Positions 21,472 through 31,514 of a DNA stretch of 64,000 nt are shown piece by piece. Origin of the DNA: Candidatus Bathyarchaeota archaeon (GTDB taxonomy: Archaea; Thermoproteota; Bathyarchaeia; Bathyarchaeales; Bathycorpusculaceae). A program made the translations under genes and the position numbers. The stretch is from contig CAVZPM010000011.1 in the NCBI GenBank assembly GCA_963777155.1, positions 25,791 through 89,790 of the forward strand. The letters run 5' to 3'. The notes under the pieces were generated by a model. The model was not told where the DNA came from. It saw nothing but the letters and a program-made list of their open reading frames with translations, and did no database searches. Position 1 is the first letter of the stretch, and every line of letters starts with the position of its first letter.

Positions 21472-21960
21472 TTGCTGGTGTTAGAAATGACGAAGGTAGA
21501 GATGCCGAAAATGAAAGAAAACGAGATCGAAGAACTAATTAGAGAACAATTCCTTTGTCGAATAGCTTTCAAAGGTGACTTGCAGCCTTACATCGCTCCT
21601 TTTCAATACGCTTATGTTAATGGTATTCTTTACTTTCATTTCACTGATTATGGGAAGAAGATGAGTTTTTTCAAGCAAGAAACTCCAGTTTGCGTGGAAA
21701 TTGAACGATATACTCCAAATCTTAGCGAATATGGGTTCGTGGTGCTTACTGGAAAACTAAGATTGGTGGAGAATCGAGAAGAAAGGAAACTGGCTATTGA
21801 AAAGATGGCTGAAGTGGGCAAACAGAAAATTTCAAAAAACTTTCTGTTGGCTCATGGCTTTTCCATGGGTTCCGATTGGAGCGATTTTACTGTAGACAAA
21901 CCGATTTTGATAATAAAGCTTGATGAAGTGACTGAAAAGATAGGGCTCAAGTCACCTTAG
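21472..21960 (+). CDS. Pyridoxamine 5'-phosphate oxidase-like FMN-binding protein (NimA-like)
   Basis: CRIAF, PYIAP, LYFH, GKK, PVCVEI split-barrel pattern. Confidence 0.8.
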   Translation: MLVLEMTKVEMPKMKENEIEELIREQFLCRIAFKGDLQPYIAPFQYAYVNGILYFHFTDYGKKMSFFKQETPVCVEIERYTPNLSEYGFVVLTGKLRLVENREERKLAIEKMAEVGKQKISKNFLLAHGFSMGSDWSDFTVDKPILIIKLDEVTEKIGLKSP

Positions 21961-22063
21961 CTTACCACTAAAACTATTGTAAGCCAGAGCTCGCAAACTA
22001 AAATTTGTGCATTATCATATTTCAAAAGAGCGCAAAAGTATTTGAGAATCAAGTTTTGACTTA

Positions 22064-22975
22064 TTGATGAATGTTCTTGCAGGAGCTATGACCATGAACG
22101 AAATGAAAGGGAAAATATGCATTATAACTGGGAGTAATTCTGGAATAGGGAAAGAAACTGCAATAAGTTTGGCAGAGATGAGTGCATCCGTTGTCATGGT
22201 CGTGCGTGATCAAGAACGAGGTGAGAAAGCTCGAAGAGAAATAGTCAAACAAACCGGAAACAATTCAATCGATTTAATGATCTGTGACTTATCTTCTATG
22301 GATTCAATCAGGCGCTTCGCAAAGGAATTCAAAAGGAAATACGACAGACTCGATGTGCTAGTTAACAATGCTGGAGCGATATTCAATAAGCGAGAGGTTA
22401 CTTCAGAGGGCTTTGAACGAACCCTTGCCGTTAATTATTTAGGGCCGTTCCTGCTCACGCATGAGCTGCTGGATTTGCTGAAATCAAGTGCTCCTTCCAG
22501 AATAATCAATGTAAGTTCTGGACTTGCCAAAAATGGCAAGGTAGATCTTGAAGATCTCCAGAGTGAAAAGAACTATGCGGGAACGAAAGCTTATGCACGC
22601 GTGCGGGCACCAGTTTACGCTAACACTAAACTGATGCTAATGATGTTCACTTATGAACTAGCTAGGCGGCTGAAAGGATCAGGGGTAACAGCAAACGTGC
22701 TCATGCCTGGTTTTGTAGCAACAAATCTTGGGAAAAACAGTGGCAGACTAAGTTCGTCTCTTATGTTCAAAATGGTCCGTCCAATGCAGGTAAGTGCCAA
22801 GAAGGGAGCGGAAACGTCTGTTTACTTAGCCTCCTCAGACGACGTAAGGGATGTAACCGGAAAATGCTTGGTTAAGAAAAAGGAAGTAATGACTTGCCCT
22901 GCATCATACGATGAAGGACTGCAAAAACACTTGTGGAAAAAGACGGAGAGCATGCTCGGATTAGCTCCGGAATAG
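22064..22975 (+). CDS. SDR oxidoreductase (retinol dehydrogenase/WWOX-like subgroup)
   Basis: TGSNSGIG, CDLSS, NNAG, VNYLGPFLLT, catalytic YANTK, PGFVAT. Confidence 0.9.
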   Translation: MMNVLAGAMTMNEMKGKICIITGSNSGIGKETAISLAEMSASVVMVVRDQERGEKARREIVKQTGNNSIDLMICDLSSMDSIRRFAKEFKRKYDRLDVLVNNAGAIFNKREVTSEGFERTLAVNYLGPFLLTHELLDLLKSSAPSRIINVSSGLAKNGKVDLEDLQSEKNYAGTKAYARVRAPVYANTKLMLMMFTYELARRLKGSGVTANVLMPGFVATNLGKNSGRLSSSLMFKMVRPMQVSAKKGAETSVYLASSDDVRDVTGKCLVKKKEVMTCPASYDEGLQKHLWKKTESMLGLAPE

Positions 22976-23019
22976 AAAAGGGGAGCGTTAGGACTAAACA
23001 TAAGAAATATTAGTTTAAT

Positions 23020-23301
23020 TTGAAAGCAGTAGATATGGAGAAAACAGAAATGACCAAAGGGAAATTAGAGAAAACAATTGTCGATCCCTACTTACCCAGC
23101 AAGATTGTTCCTCCTGAGTATATTCGGGATGTTTTGCATGAAGCAAATAACGATTTTCCATCAATTGAGTTTGAATATGAACTACCCCACAAATGGAAAG
23201 ACGAAGAGTACAAGAATCGATACGAGGAATTGGAGCGCCAAATGATGGAAGTTTTAAACTGGCGGTCTCGTTGGTTCGGAAAGCTGGATGCAAACAAATA
23301 G
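23020..23301 (+). CDS. Small hypothetical protein
   Basis: Charged 93 aa ORF with protein-like composition. Confidence 0.5.
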   Translation: MKAVDMEKTEMTKGKLEKTIVDPYLPSKIVPPEYIRDVLHEANNDFPSIEFEYELPHKWKDEEYKNRYEELERQMMEVLNWRSRWFGKLDANK

Positions 23302-23348
23302 GCGAAACGCAGCTTTATTTTTAAACTCGACTAATATGCTTAAAGAAA

Positions 23349-23855
23349 TCAGTTCACGTTGAGTGTTTGCCGTGGGATGTAGCCTATTTTTTTCAAGGAC
23401 ATGTCGATGAATTCGATCTTCTCAGGCTCAACTCTTACTAGTTCTACCCCTGTCTCTGGGAATGTCTTAAGGCCAAGTTCCCTAGCAGTTTTTTCCCATT
23501 GATATGCTGCCAAGCCTTCTTTAAATTCGATCGAGTTCTCTCTGAAAATTATCTTTGCTTTTCCTGTGATTTGTGCTCCTTTGGCGCTGTCCCAACCTTT
23601 GTATGGGAAGAAAATGCCGATGCTGACGTTGGGGTTCTTCTTCATATTTTCCAGTTTTGTGCCTGGTTCACCCACGAAGTAAATAGTGATTCCTTTGGAG
23701 CGATACTCAATCGGTGTAGCCCTAGGACGCCCATCGCCACATGTCGCAAGCACACACATATTCTGTGCCTTAAGAAACTCAATAATGCGCTCCTCCAAAA
23801 CTTTGGTTGGCATGGATTTCTTAACGAATGTTTGACCTCTTGATTCAGAACTCAT
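23349..23855 (-). CDS. Pyridoxamine 5'-phosphate oxidase-like protein
   Basis: CVLATCGDGRPRATP, TKLENMKKNPNVS, GAQITG. Confidence 0.85.
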   Translation of the reverse strand: MSSESRGQTFVKKSMPTKVLEERIIEFLKAQNMCVLATCGDGRPRATPIEYRSKGITIYFVGEPGTKLENMKKNPNVSIGIFFPYKGWDSAKGAQITGKAKIIFRENSIEFKEGLAAYQWEKTARELGLKTFPETGVELVRVEPEKIEFIDMSLKKIGYIPRQTLNVN

Positions 23856-24055
23856 AACACTACACCCTACATTTTCTTATTTAGCAATTTTTTCTATTTA
23901 GGGATAGCGATTCCGAATGGACTCGCAGGATTATTCGCACTGCTAACCTATCTACAAAAAGTAAACAGACTCTAAATCAAAGGTATTGCGTCGTCTGTCA
24001 CAAAAAGAAGCCTTTTAGCCTTAGAAAGCAGCTTAATGAATAGGAGAAGGTGTAA

Positions 24056-24793
24056 TTGCGTAGACGCTACAAAATACTGATAATTGTTCTGCTTGTTGCC
24101 TTAGTGATTTTCACAGGGTTCATTGTGTGGGCTGAAACCCCCCCATCGCCAATGAAGCAAGCCATCAACGCATTACAATCCGATTCAAACGTCACAGTGA
24201 TAAGTGGTCAATGGTTGACTTTTAAACCCACAACCACCAATTACACTACAGGCTTGATTATTTATCCCGGTGGAAGGGTAGATTACCGTTCATATGCACC
24301 GCTTGCTCATGCAATAGCTAATGAAGGATACTTGACAATTATTGTGCCTATGCCTCTTAATTTAGCGGTCTTTGGGGCTAATGCAGCAAACGACGTAATC
24401 GCATCTCACCCAGAGATTACCTCTTGGGCCATAGGCGGTCACTCTTTAGGTGGAACCATGGCTGCACAGTATACCTATCAGAACCCATCGAAAGTACAAG
24501 GACTTGTACTCTGGGCGGCATATCCTGCATCGGGAAATAACCTATCAAAATACGATCTGCTAGTAACTACTGTTCACGGTAGTAACGATGGATTGGTCAG
24601 TACTTCCCAAATACAGACTTCTCTGGAGATGCTTCCCCCAACAACAGTTTATGTTGAAATAGCGGGAGGAAACCATGCGCAATTCGGATATTATGGCGAT
24701 CAATCAGGAGACAATCAGGCGATAATAACAAGAGAAGCTCAACAAAGCCAAACGTTAAACGTGACAGTAGAATTATTGCAGAAAATCAAGTAA
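24056..24793 (+). CDS. Membrane-anchored alpha/beta hydrolase
   Basis: YPGGRV, GGHSLGG, GSNDG, GGNHAQFGYYG. Confidence 0.9.
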   Translation: MRRRYKILIIVLLVALVIFTGFIVWAETPPSPMKQAINALQSDSNVTVISGQWLTFKPTTTNYTTGLIIYPGGRVDYRSYAPLAHAIANEGYLTIIVPMPLNLAVFGANAANDVIASHPEITSWAIGGHSLGGTMAAQYTYQNPSKVQGLVLWAAYPASGNNLSKYDLLVTTVHGSNDGLVSTSQIQTSLEMLPPTTVYVEIAGGNHAQFGYYGDQSGDNQAIITREAQQSQTLNVTVELLQKIK

Positions 24794-24849
24794 CTTCAAG
24801 GGCAGGAATTCATCTAAACATGCCTTGTTGACACGCTTGATTTTGAAGG

Positions 24850-25362
24850 CTAAAGTTCTACTTCTATGGCTACTTCGTTTCTGCGCACAAACCAAGGGGT
24901 AAAAGGTCCATTGTATCGCATCGTAAACACTTGACCAACAGTTTTAATTCCTGCTTTTGTGAGCTCTTCAAGCATTTCTTTAGATTTCTTTTTGAATATT
25001 GAATTTGACCAACGACCTGAAAACTTTAGCGCAGCAACGACTCTTTCAGGTATTTCCACAATTTTAACACGTTCATCAAGTGGCTCAGGCGTGGTTTCAA
25101 GCGTTAACCCTTCAGGCATCACAAAACCTATTGAATCAGATTCAGACAAAACCGGTGCCGTCATGGCTATTTGCTCCGAAACAACAGGCGCTGTCATCGC
25201 AATTTTAGACTTTTGCCTGTTATTGCCCGTGATGAAACTAAAGAGAAGGTTAAAGCCACCATCGCCGTAACCATCAACCCTAGCGATCACCAAACTTGGA
25301 TAACGTCTAATCTCAACAATGTTGATTTCTCTTAGAACTTCATATTTTGCCTGCTCAACCAT
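24850..25362 (-). CDS. SOUL heme-binding protein
   Basis: EIRRYP, FITGNN, KIAMTAPV repeat, FVMP, PWFVRRNEV. Confidence 0.9.
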   Translation of the reverse strand: MVEQAKYEVLREINIVEIRRYPSLVIARVDGYGDGGFNLLFSFITGNNRQKSKIAMTAPVVSEQIAMTAPVLSESDSIGFVMPEGLTLETTPEPLDERVKIVEIPERVVAALKFSGRWSNSIFKKKSKEMLEELTKAGIKTVGQVFTMRYNGPFTPWFVRRNEVAIEVEL

Positions 25363-25557
25363 AATCCCATACTAGAAACCATCTAAATATATTGATTTTC
25401 TTGAGCGTTCTAGCTTGGACAAAAATAAGAGACCTGAATTAAACAGAGACGTAGCTGATTTTAAATTTCCGCCAGAAGCTTCCTCAGCTTCAGAAGCGAC
25501 CGTTAGGCTAATTAATCTAAAACACCGAAAGAGAAACAGGAGAAAGGAGGAATAATT

Positions 25558-26389
25558 ATAAATTACAAAGAAAGACAGGAAATAATTGCCAAATCGCCCA
25601 TATCTCTTGGGTATCTGAAAAAGTTCAACTTAGGCGCAGGAACACTGCAACTGATAAATGGTATTGTAATTCTGGCATTGACTTTTCTTTTAACTTGGCC
25701 TAAAGGAACAGACATCTACACCTTCTACCTCACATTCGCCCATGTTAGTCCAACAAACCCCGCAATTTTCGCAGCACCAAACCCACAAGTCCTCTTCACC
25801 GTAACTCATCTGGGGCTGTTACTTGCAGCTTTCCCGCTTATCTCAGCACTTGCACATTTCACTGATTGCTTTTCCAAAGAACAAAGCATACAACGAAAAC
25901 CTCAAAAAAGGCATGAACCCCTACCGATGGTACGAATATGCTTTCTCAAGTTCGATAATGATCTGGATAATTGCCACCTTCGTGGGAATCTGGGACTTCT
26001 GGTCACTCGCAATGATATTTGTGCTCAACGCCATGATGATAATGTTTGGCTACCTCATGGAACTGGTAAATCAGAAAACGGAGAAAACAAACTGGTCATC
26101 GTTCCTTCTGGGTTGCATATCTGGCGGTTTTCCCTGGGTTGTTCTGTTTGCTTACTTCGGAGGAGCTGTAGCCTCAAGTGCAGGCAGTGTTCCAAACTTC
26201 GTTTATGTGATATTCGTTGTATATCTGGCGCTTTTCATGAGTTTCGCGGTCAATCAAGTTCTGCAGTACAAGGCTGTTGGAAAATGGAGAGATTATCTTT
26301 ATGGCGAAAGAACCTACATTGTCCTTAGTTTCGTAGCGAAAACATTTCTGGTTTGGTTAGTGTTTATTGGTTTATTCAGACCATTCTAA
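25558..26389 (+). CDS. heR: Heliorhodopsin (frameshift near 25861; non-ATG start)
   Basis: NPYRWYEYAFSSSIM, FGYLME, LQY, GERTYIVLSFVAK (retinal Lys). The N-terminal part reads ..KKFNLGAG..SALAHF after an AGGAGG RBS. Confidence 0.92.
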
Positions 26390-26599
26390 CCTCCCCACTT
26401 TCTTTTTAATAAATAGAAGCATAATTCAACTAACCTATGGGGAAAAACTGGTTATTCTACCAAGTATTACGCTCTATTGCCATTTGCCGTTTGCTAGTTT
26501 AAACCGAATCTGAACTACACGTCAGTCCTCACACCCAATCCTGCACATCTTTGAGAGAAGACTGTCATGTGTATCTTTTGGTGCAATGAAGAATTAGTG

Positions 26600-26749
26600 G
26601 GGCAACTTATTTGTATCGCTTCCCCCAAAACATTAAACATAACCCGTCTTGGCGCCGAATTGGGCTTTAGACATGTTGAATCCCACTTTGCCTATGTCCA
26701 TCGGAGCTTGACGCGAGAGATTGCAGTGTTTGAAAAGGTGACAGAATGA
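26600..26749 (+). pseudogene. trm11 3'-end copy 3 (likely ancestral, coupled to rnz)
   Basis: GQLICIASPKTLNITRLGAELGFRHVESHFAYVHRSLTREIAVFEKVTE*; its stop overlaps the rnz ATG (ATGA). Confidence 0.92.
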
Positions 26750-27666
26750 GCATACGTGTAGTGTTTTTGGGAACCAGTGGTAGTGTACCGACTCTGAAGC
26801 GAAGTTTGCCAGCGGTAACGGTGCTGTGTCCCAGGGAACAGTTGATGTTTGACTGCGGTGAAAACGTCCAGCGTCAAATGATGCAAGCGAAGACAAGTTT
26901 TCATAAAAAAACGAAAATTTTAATCACCCACTTACACGGTGACCATGTGCTTGGCTTGCCTGGGCTTCTGCAAACCATGGCGTTAATGGACCGCAAAGAG
27001 CCCGTTCAAGTCTATGGACCAGTCGGACTAAAAGACTTCCTTGACTGTACAAGAAAAGCCCTGAATTTTGGGTTAACATTTCCAGTAGAAATCAGCGAAA
27101 TCCTATCTGAAGGCCTCGTCTGCGACACCGAAGAATACCGCATTATTGCAAAAAAAACTAACCACGCAATAGAAAGCTACGCTTTTGCGTTTGAGGAGAA
27201 ACCGCGTCCAGGCAAGTTTTATCCCAAAAAGGCATTAGCGCTCGGAGTTGTAGTTGGTGAGTTGTGGTCTCGATTGCAGCGCGGTGAAGAAATCACATTA
27301 GCTGATGGCAAAGTGGTTAAGCCTGCGGATGTGATGGGACCGATGCGGACTGGAAGAAAAATTGTTTATACGGGTGATACGAGGCCCTTTGAGGCGTTCG
27401 CAAAATTCGCTGAAGATGCTGATTTAGTTATTCATGACTGCACTTTTGATGATTCGCTCACTGAAAAGGCAGCGCTAGATGGGCATTCAACGCCAACTCA
27501 AGCGGCAACTCAAGCGAAGCTAGCAGGGGTAAAACAGCTGATCCTATCGCATATCAGTGCAAGGTACCCAAACGCTGGGTTGCTTTTGGATCAAGCAAAA
27601 AAAGTATTCCCCAATACCCTGTTGGCTGAGGATTTTATGGAACTAGAATTGCCGCTAAGCGAGTAG
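26746..27666 (+). CDS. rnz: Ribonuclease Z
   Basis: FLGTSGSVPT, DCGE, THLHGDHVLG, exosite, YTGDTRP, HST, LSHISARY. Confidence 0.96.
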   Translation: MSIRVVFLGTSGSVPTLKRSLPAVTVLCPREQLMFDCGENVQRQMMQAKTSFHKKTKILITHLHGDHVLGLPGLLQTMALMDRKEPVQVYGPVGLKDFLDCTRKALNFGLTFPVEISEILSEGLVCDTEEYRIIAKKTNHAIESYAFAFEEKPRPGKFYPKKALALGVVVGELWSRLQRGEEITLADGKVVKPADVMGPMRTGRKIVYTGDTRPFEAFAKFAEDADLVIHDCTFDDSLTEKAALDGHSTPTQAATQAKLAGVKQLILSHISARYPNAGLLLDQAKKVFPNTLLAEDFMELELPLSE

Positions 27667-28437
27667 ATGCTTTAGTTTCTGGATGCTTTCAGGTACCTTA
27701 TGCATAGATTCCACTATGACGCTTTTATCGTAGCCGATTTTTTCAAGCGTTTCAGCAAACCAGTTGTAGTCGATGTTGCCGTCTTCAACCCCGAAGTGTT
27801 GGTCTTCTGAGCCATCGTTGTTACTGGCGTGAATGTGAACTATTTTGTCGGCGAGTTGGTTAAAGAAGGGCTGGATTTGTCCCTCGAGATTGGCATGTCC
27901 AAGATCCAACGTTATACCGATGGGTAAGTTAGTTTCCTTGTACATTTTCTGGAATTCTTCAGGAGTATTCATCAAGAACCAATATTTCGCAGGCAAGTTC
28001 TCCAGGGCGATGTTTATGCCGTATTCTTCCGCTTTAGCGTAGAGCTGCTCGATGCTTTGGCACATCTGTTTGAAGTCAGCACCCGGATAGAATTGGCCTA
28101 TTCCAGTGCGTTGTCCCGGGTGGAAGACCCACATTTTAGCGTCTATTGCGTTGGCATTTGCCAGCGATTGGGTTAGGCGTTTTAGTGAAGCGTTTAGCAG
28201 GGGCTTAACTGGTGAGGCGATGTTGACGTCGGCGAAGGGTGCATGCAGGGAGTATGTTAGGTTGTATGATTTTGCGGCTTCTTTGAGTAGCGTGATGCGT
28301 TGTTTGTCGAGGTCATGAGTGCCGTCATCTAGAATTTCAATGTACTTTGTATCCATGGTGCCTAAGCGTTTTACCATGCGCTTGAAGGGTTCGCCTAGGC
28401 AGTAGAGCATTGAAACGCCGATTTTTGCTTTAGACAT
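27655..28437 (-). CDS. Sugar phosphate isomerase/epimerase (AP endonuclease 2 TIM barrel)
   Basis: LHAPFADVNIAS, ALENLP, TLDLGHA, HIHASNN, DQH, IVE. Confidence 0.85.
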   Translation of the reverse strand: MSKAKIGVSMLYCLGEPFKRMVKRLGTMDTKYIEILDDGTHDLDKQRITLLKEAAKSYNLTYSLHAPFADVNIASPVKPLLNASLKRLTQSLANANAIDAKMWVFHPGQRTGIGQFYPGADFKQMCQSIEQLYAKAEEYGINIALENLPAKYWFLMNTPEEFQKMYKETNLPIGITLDLGHANLEGQIQPFFNQLADKIVHIHASNNDGSEDQHFGVEDGNIDYNWFAETLEKIGYDKSVIVESMHKVPESIQKLKHLLA

Positions 28438-28564
28438 AAGGGTTCCTCAGTGTGAATTGGAATGTTTCTGGTAGAAAGCTAAGCTACCTAAATAACTTAA
28501 TCCCTAAAACTTCAAGAACTGTTTAAAAACCCAAGTCAGCAACCATTTGAGGCAGAAAATTTAA

Positions 28565-28785
28565 TTATTTTAGAAGTTTTTGAAACTCTTTCTTAGTTCA
28601 AACCTGCTTCTTCTATAATCGCCATCAACAAACCTCTCTTTATCTGCGTTATGTTTTGGAACAGGCACAATTCTCTCATTTTTTACAAGAATTAAATGGC
28701 TGCCTATTTGTCGCTCGACTTGGAAAGCCATGCCTTGTTAGAGCTTAATTACTTCACGCCATGAGATCAGAGGGAGCTTCGACAA
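28565..28785 (-). pseudogene. hicA: HicA toxin, frameshifted
   Basis: Manual translation across shifts: MSKLPLISWREVIK..GFQVERQIGSHLILVKNERIVPVPKH..IKRGLLMAIIEEAGL. Confidence 0.75.
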
Positions 28786-28805
28786 TTACTTCAGCCTTTT
28801 CGCCT

Positions 28806-28994
28806 TTAGTTTTTTTGGTCAAGAAGTTTTGCTTTACCTTCCAAGTAGCCTTCGATGGCTTCTTTAATGTTGCTCAACGCTTCTTCTTTGGTTTCGCCTT
28901 GTGTTGCTACTGGCAGCTCCAAGGCTTTAACTATAAAACCGCCTTCTTCAGCTGGTTCAAGTAAAACTGTGAATTTACGGGCAACCATATGCAA
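28806..28994 (-). CDS. hicB: HicB-like antitoxin
   Basis: EEGGF, LP, TQGETKEEALSNIKEAIEGYL. Confidence 0.85.
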   Translation of the reverse strand: MHMVARKFTVLLEPAEEGGFIVKALELPVATQGETKEEALSNIKEAIEGYLEGKAKLLDQKN

Positions 28995-29135
28995 CGCACC
29001 GCATAACTCTTACCTTATACCTAGCATAAGAAGATATTCCAAAATGTAGGTTAATTTCTTAACTCTTGCCAAGATTGCATAACAGTTTTAAGCTTAACCG
29101 CAATCTCCCATAAGAGAAGGATTGACTGAACTGAC

Positions 29136-29918
29136 ATGGATACTTGGCGTTTGCTTCCATTAGAAACCAACAATGCGTCTATGAACATGGCAATCGACGA
29201 GGCAATCTTAAATGCACGCGTCGCTGGGCAGGTTCCCAATACCCTACGCTTTTACCGCTGGAAACCCTCCGCAGTGAGCATCGGCAAAAACCAAAACCCC
29301 GAGAACGAGGTTTACCTTGATACCTGCAAAAAACTCGGCGTAGATGTAGTTCGACGCATCAGCGGTGGGGGCACTGTTTACCATGATTTCGAGGGGGAAG
29401 TAACCTATAGCGTCGTAGCCAAAACATCCGACTTGGGCACCGCAGACATAACCACCGTTTATTACAAAATCTACGAAGCCATAACTGATGGGCTCCGTCT
29501 TTTGGGGGTTCCAGCAGACTTCAGCGGTGGAGATGCCAAAAACTGCCCAAACCTCACCGTTGGCGGCAAAAAAATCTCAGGCAGCAGCCAAACCATCACC
29601 CACGGGGTTGTCCTCCAACATGGTACCATTTTGAGAAGTCTTGATTTACCTAAAATGTTCCAGCTCCTAAAACTTAGAGACATAAGCTGCAGCGTCGCGG
29701 CGGATATTGGGAAGCGTAAAATCACCAGCATCCAAAACGAGCTCGGCCACGAAATCAGCCCCGACACTATCTCCAATGCTTTGATTCAAGGATTCAAGGC
29801 TATCCTTAAAATCCAGCTCGAATCAGGCGAACTCTCCGAAACCGAAAAAGAAACTGCGGACAAGCTCTGCAAAGAAAAATACGCATCAAAAGAATGGAAT
29901 TTTAGCGGCAAAACCTAA
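29136..29918 (+). CDS. lplA: Lipoate-protein ligase A family protein
   Basis: NMAIDEA, RRISGGGTVYHD, KKISGSSQ, LQHGT. Confidence 0.88.
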   Translation: MDTWRLLPLETNNASMNMAIDEAILNARVAGQVPNTLRFYRWKPSAVSIGKNQNPENEVYLDTCKKLGVDVVRRISGGGTVYHDFEGEVTYSVVAKTSDLGTADITTVYYKIYEAITDGLRLLGVPADFSGGDAKNCPNLTVGGKKISGSSQTITHGVVLQHGTILRSLDLPKMFQLLKLRDISCSVAADIGKRKITSIQNELGHEISPDTISNALIQGFKAILKIQLESGELSETEKETADKLCKEKYASKEWNFSGKT

Positions 29919-31340
29919 GTTTTCTCTTTGTGCCACCTTACACCTTGCGCAGTGTCTTCAAGCACTATACCCATAGCTTTCAGCTGCGTCCGTATTCCAT
30001 CTGCTTCTTTCCAGTTTTTTGTTTTGCGGGCTTCTTCACGTTTTTGTACCAATGCATCAATGTCAGCGGATAATGTTTCTTCAACTTCAACCTTGCCTAT
30101 AACGCCCAAAACCGCATCAAACTTCATCATCAAACCACCGACGTCAGCAGCTTCAGATTTACTTACCGAGTTAGCATCGAGCAAATTGTTGATTTCACGG
30201 ACAAAATCAAACAGCGAAGCCAACGCTATACCAATGTTTAAGTCGTCATCCATCGAACCGCCAAAACAAGCCTCAACTTTGTCCATGAAGTTGGCTACTT
30301 TTCCGCCGCTTTCCTTACCATCCGCTTCATGTAGGCGCCTGACAAAGTTTCGGAGCCGGTCTACTGCACCCTTTGCAGATTCCAAACCTTCAAAGGTGAA
30401 GTTGAATTGCTGACGATAATGCGTTGACATTAACAAATAGCGAATCGCAATCGGGTCATATCCCTTCGCCAACAAATCGCGGAGGGTGTAGAAGTTGCCG
30501 AGGCTTTTGGACATTTTTTTGCCCTCCACCTGTAAGTGCTCGTTGTGCATCCAGTAATTCACGAATTTCTTGCCCGTTGCCGCTTCGCATTGTGCTATTT
30601 CGTTTTCGTGGTGGGGGAACATATTGTCGACACCGCCGCAGTGAATGTCGAAGGTTTCGCCCAGATACTTCATGCTCATAGCACTGCATTCGATGTGCCA
30701 GCCCGGTCTGCCTTTACCCAGTTCAGTTTCCCAAAACACATCGCCGTCTTCTGGTGTCCAAGCTTTCCAAAGCGCAAAATCCTGCGCTTCCTCTTTGGCA
30801 TATTCATCTTGGCTCACTCTTGCCCCAACCTTCAGTTCACCTACTTTGATGTTGGACATTTTGCCGTAATCTGGGAATTTGCATACGGAGAAGTAGATTG
30901 AGCCGTCTTCGCCCTTGTAAGCGATGCCTTTAGCCATCAGTGTTTTGATTAGTGCCAACCATTTCGGGGATGTGGTCGGTGGCTTTTGGGTAAACATCTG
31001 CAGGCTCAATGTTTAGGACTTTTATGTCTTCAAAGAAGGCTTTAACGTAGAAATCGGTGAATTGCTGTAGCGGCACTCCTTGTTTTTGGCTGCCTTTTAT
31101 GGTTTTGTCATCGATGTCAGTTAGGTTCATGACATGGGTTACTTTGAAGCCCCGCTGAATCAACCAACGTTTAAGCAAATCCTCAAAAAGAAAAGCCCGA
31201 AAATTTCCAATATGCGCAAAATCATAAACCGTGGGGCCGCAAGTGTACATTTTTACTTTGTTCTCTTCCAATGGTTTAAAAATTTCTTTTTTGCGTGTTA
31301 GTGTGTTAAAAAAGCAGATGCTTGATTGTGTGTTGATCAC
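29915..31340 (-). CDS. cysS: Cysteine-tRNA ligase (frameshift near 30955)
   Basis: CGPTVY, HIGN, DFALWK, GRPGWHIECSAM and KMSKS across two ORFs. Confidence 0.95.
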
Positions 31341-31514
31341 TTTCTCAGCCGAACAAAATACAGAGCCGAAATTATTTAAGTATTCACATAAGAATGGAAA
31401 ACAGGTTATTTTTTTCTCGACCTGAGGAGGTGTGTCGCCGCTAAGAAGTCGTAAGGATTTCAACACAGCACAAGTTTCGATTCTATATTAATGGTTATAG
31501 CCAGGAATTAGCAA

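Larger units (their letters stand above)
18772..26599. mobile_element. Cassette 2 inserted at trm11: putative light/UV-stress island
   Basis: Bounded by trm11 3'-end copies 2 and 3. Confidence 0.7.

Noticed and set aside
29915-31340. Programmed frameshifting or true pseudogenisation of cysS, uvsE, the ABC permease, the ThiI-like gene, flavodoxin and others
   Set aside because: Single-base indels are scattered through unrelated genes, including the normally essential cysS, and some fall in homopolymers. Long-read assembly error is the simplest explanation.
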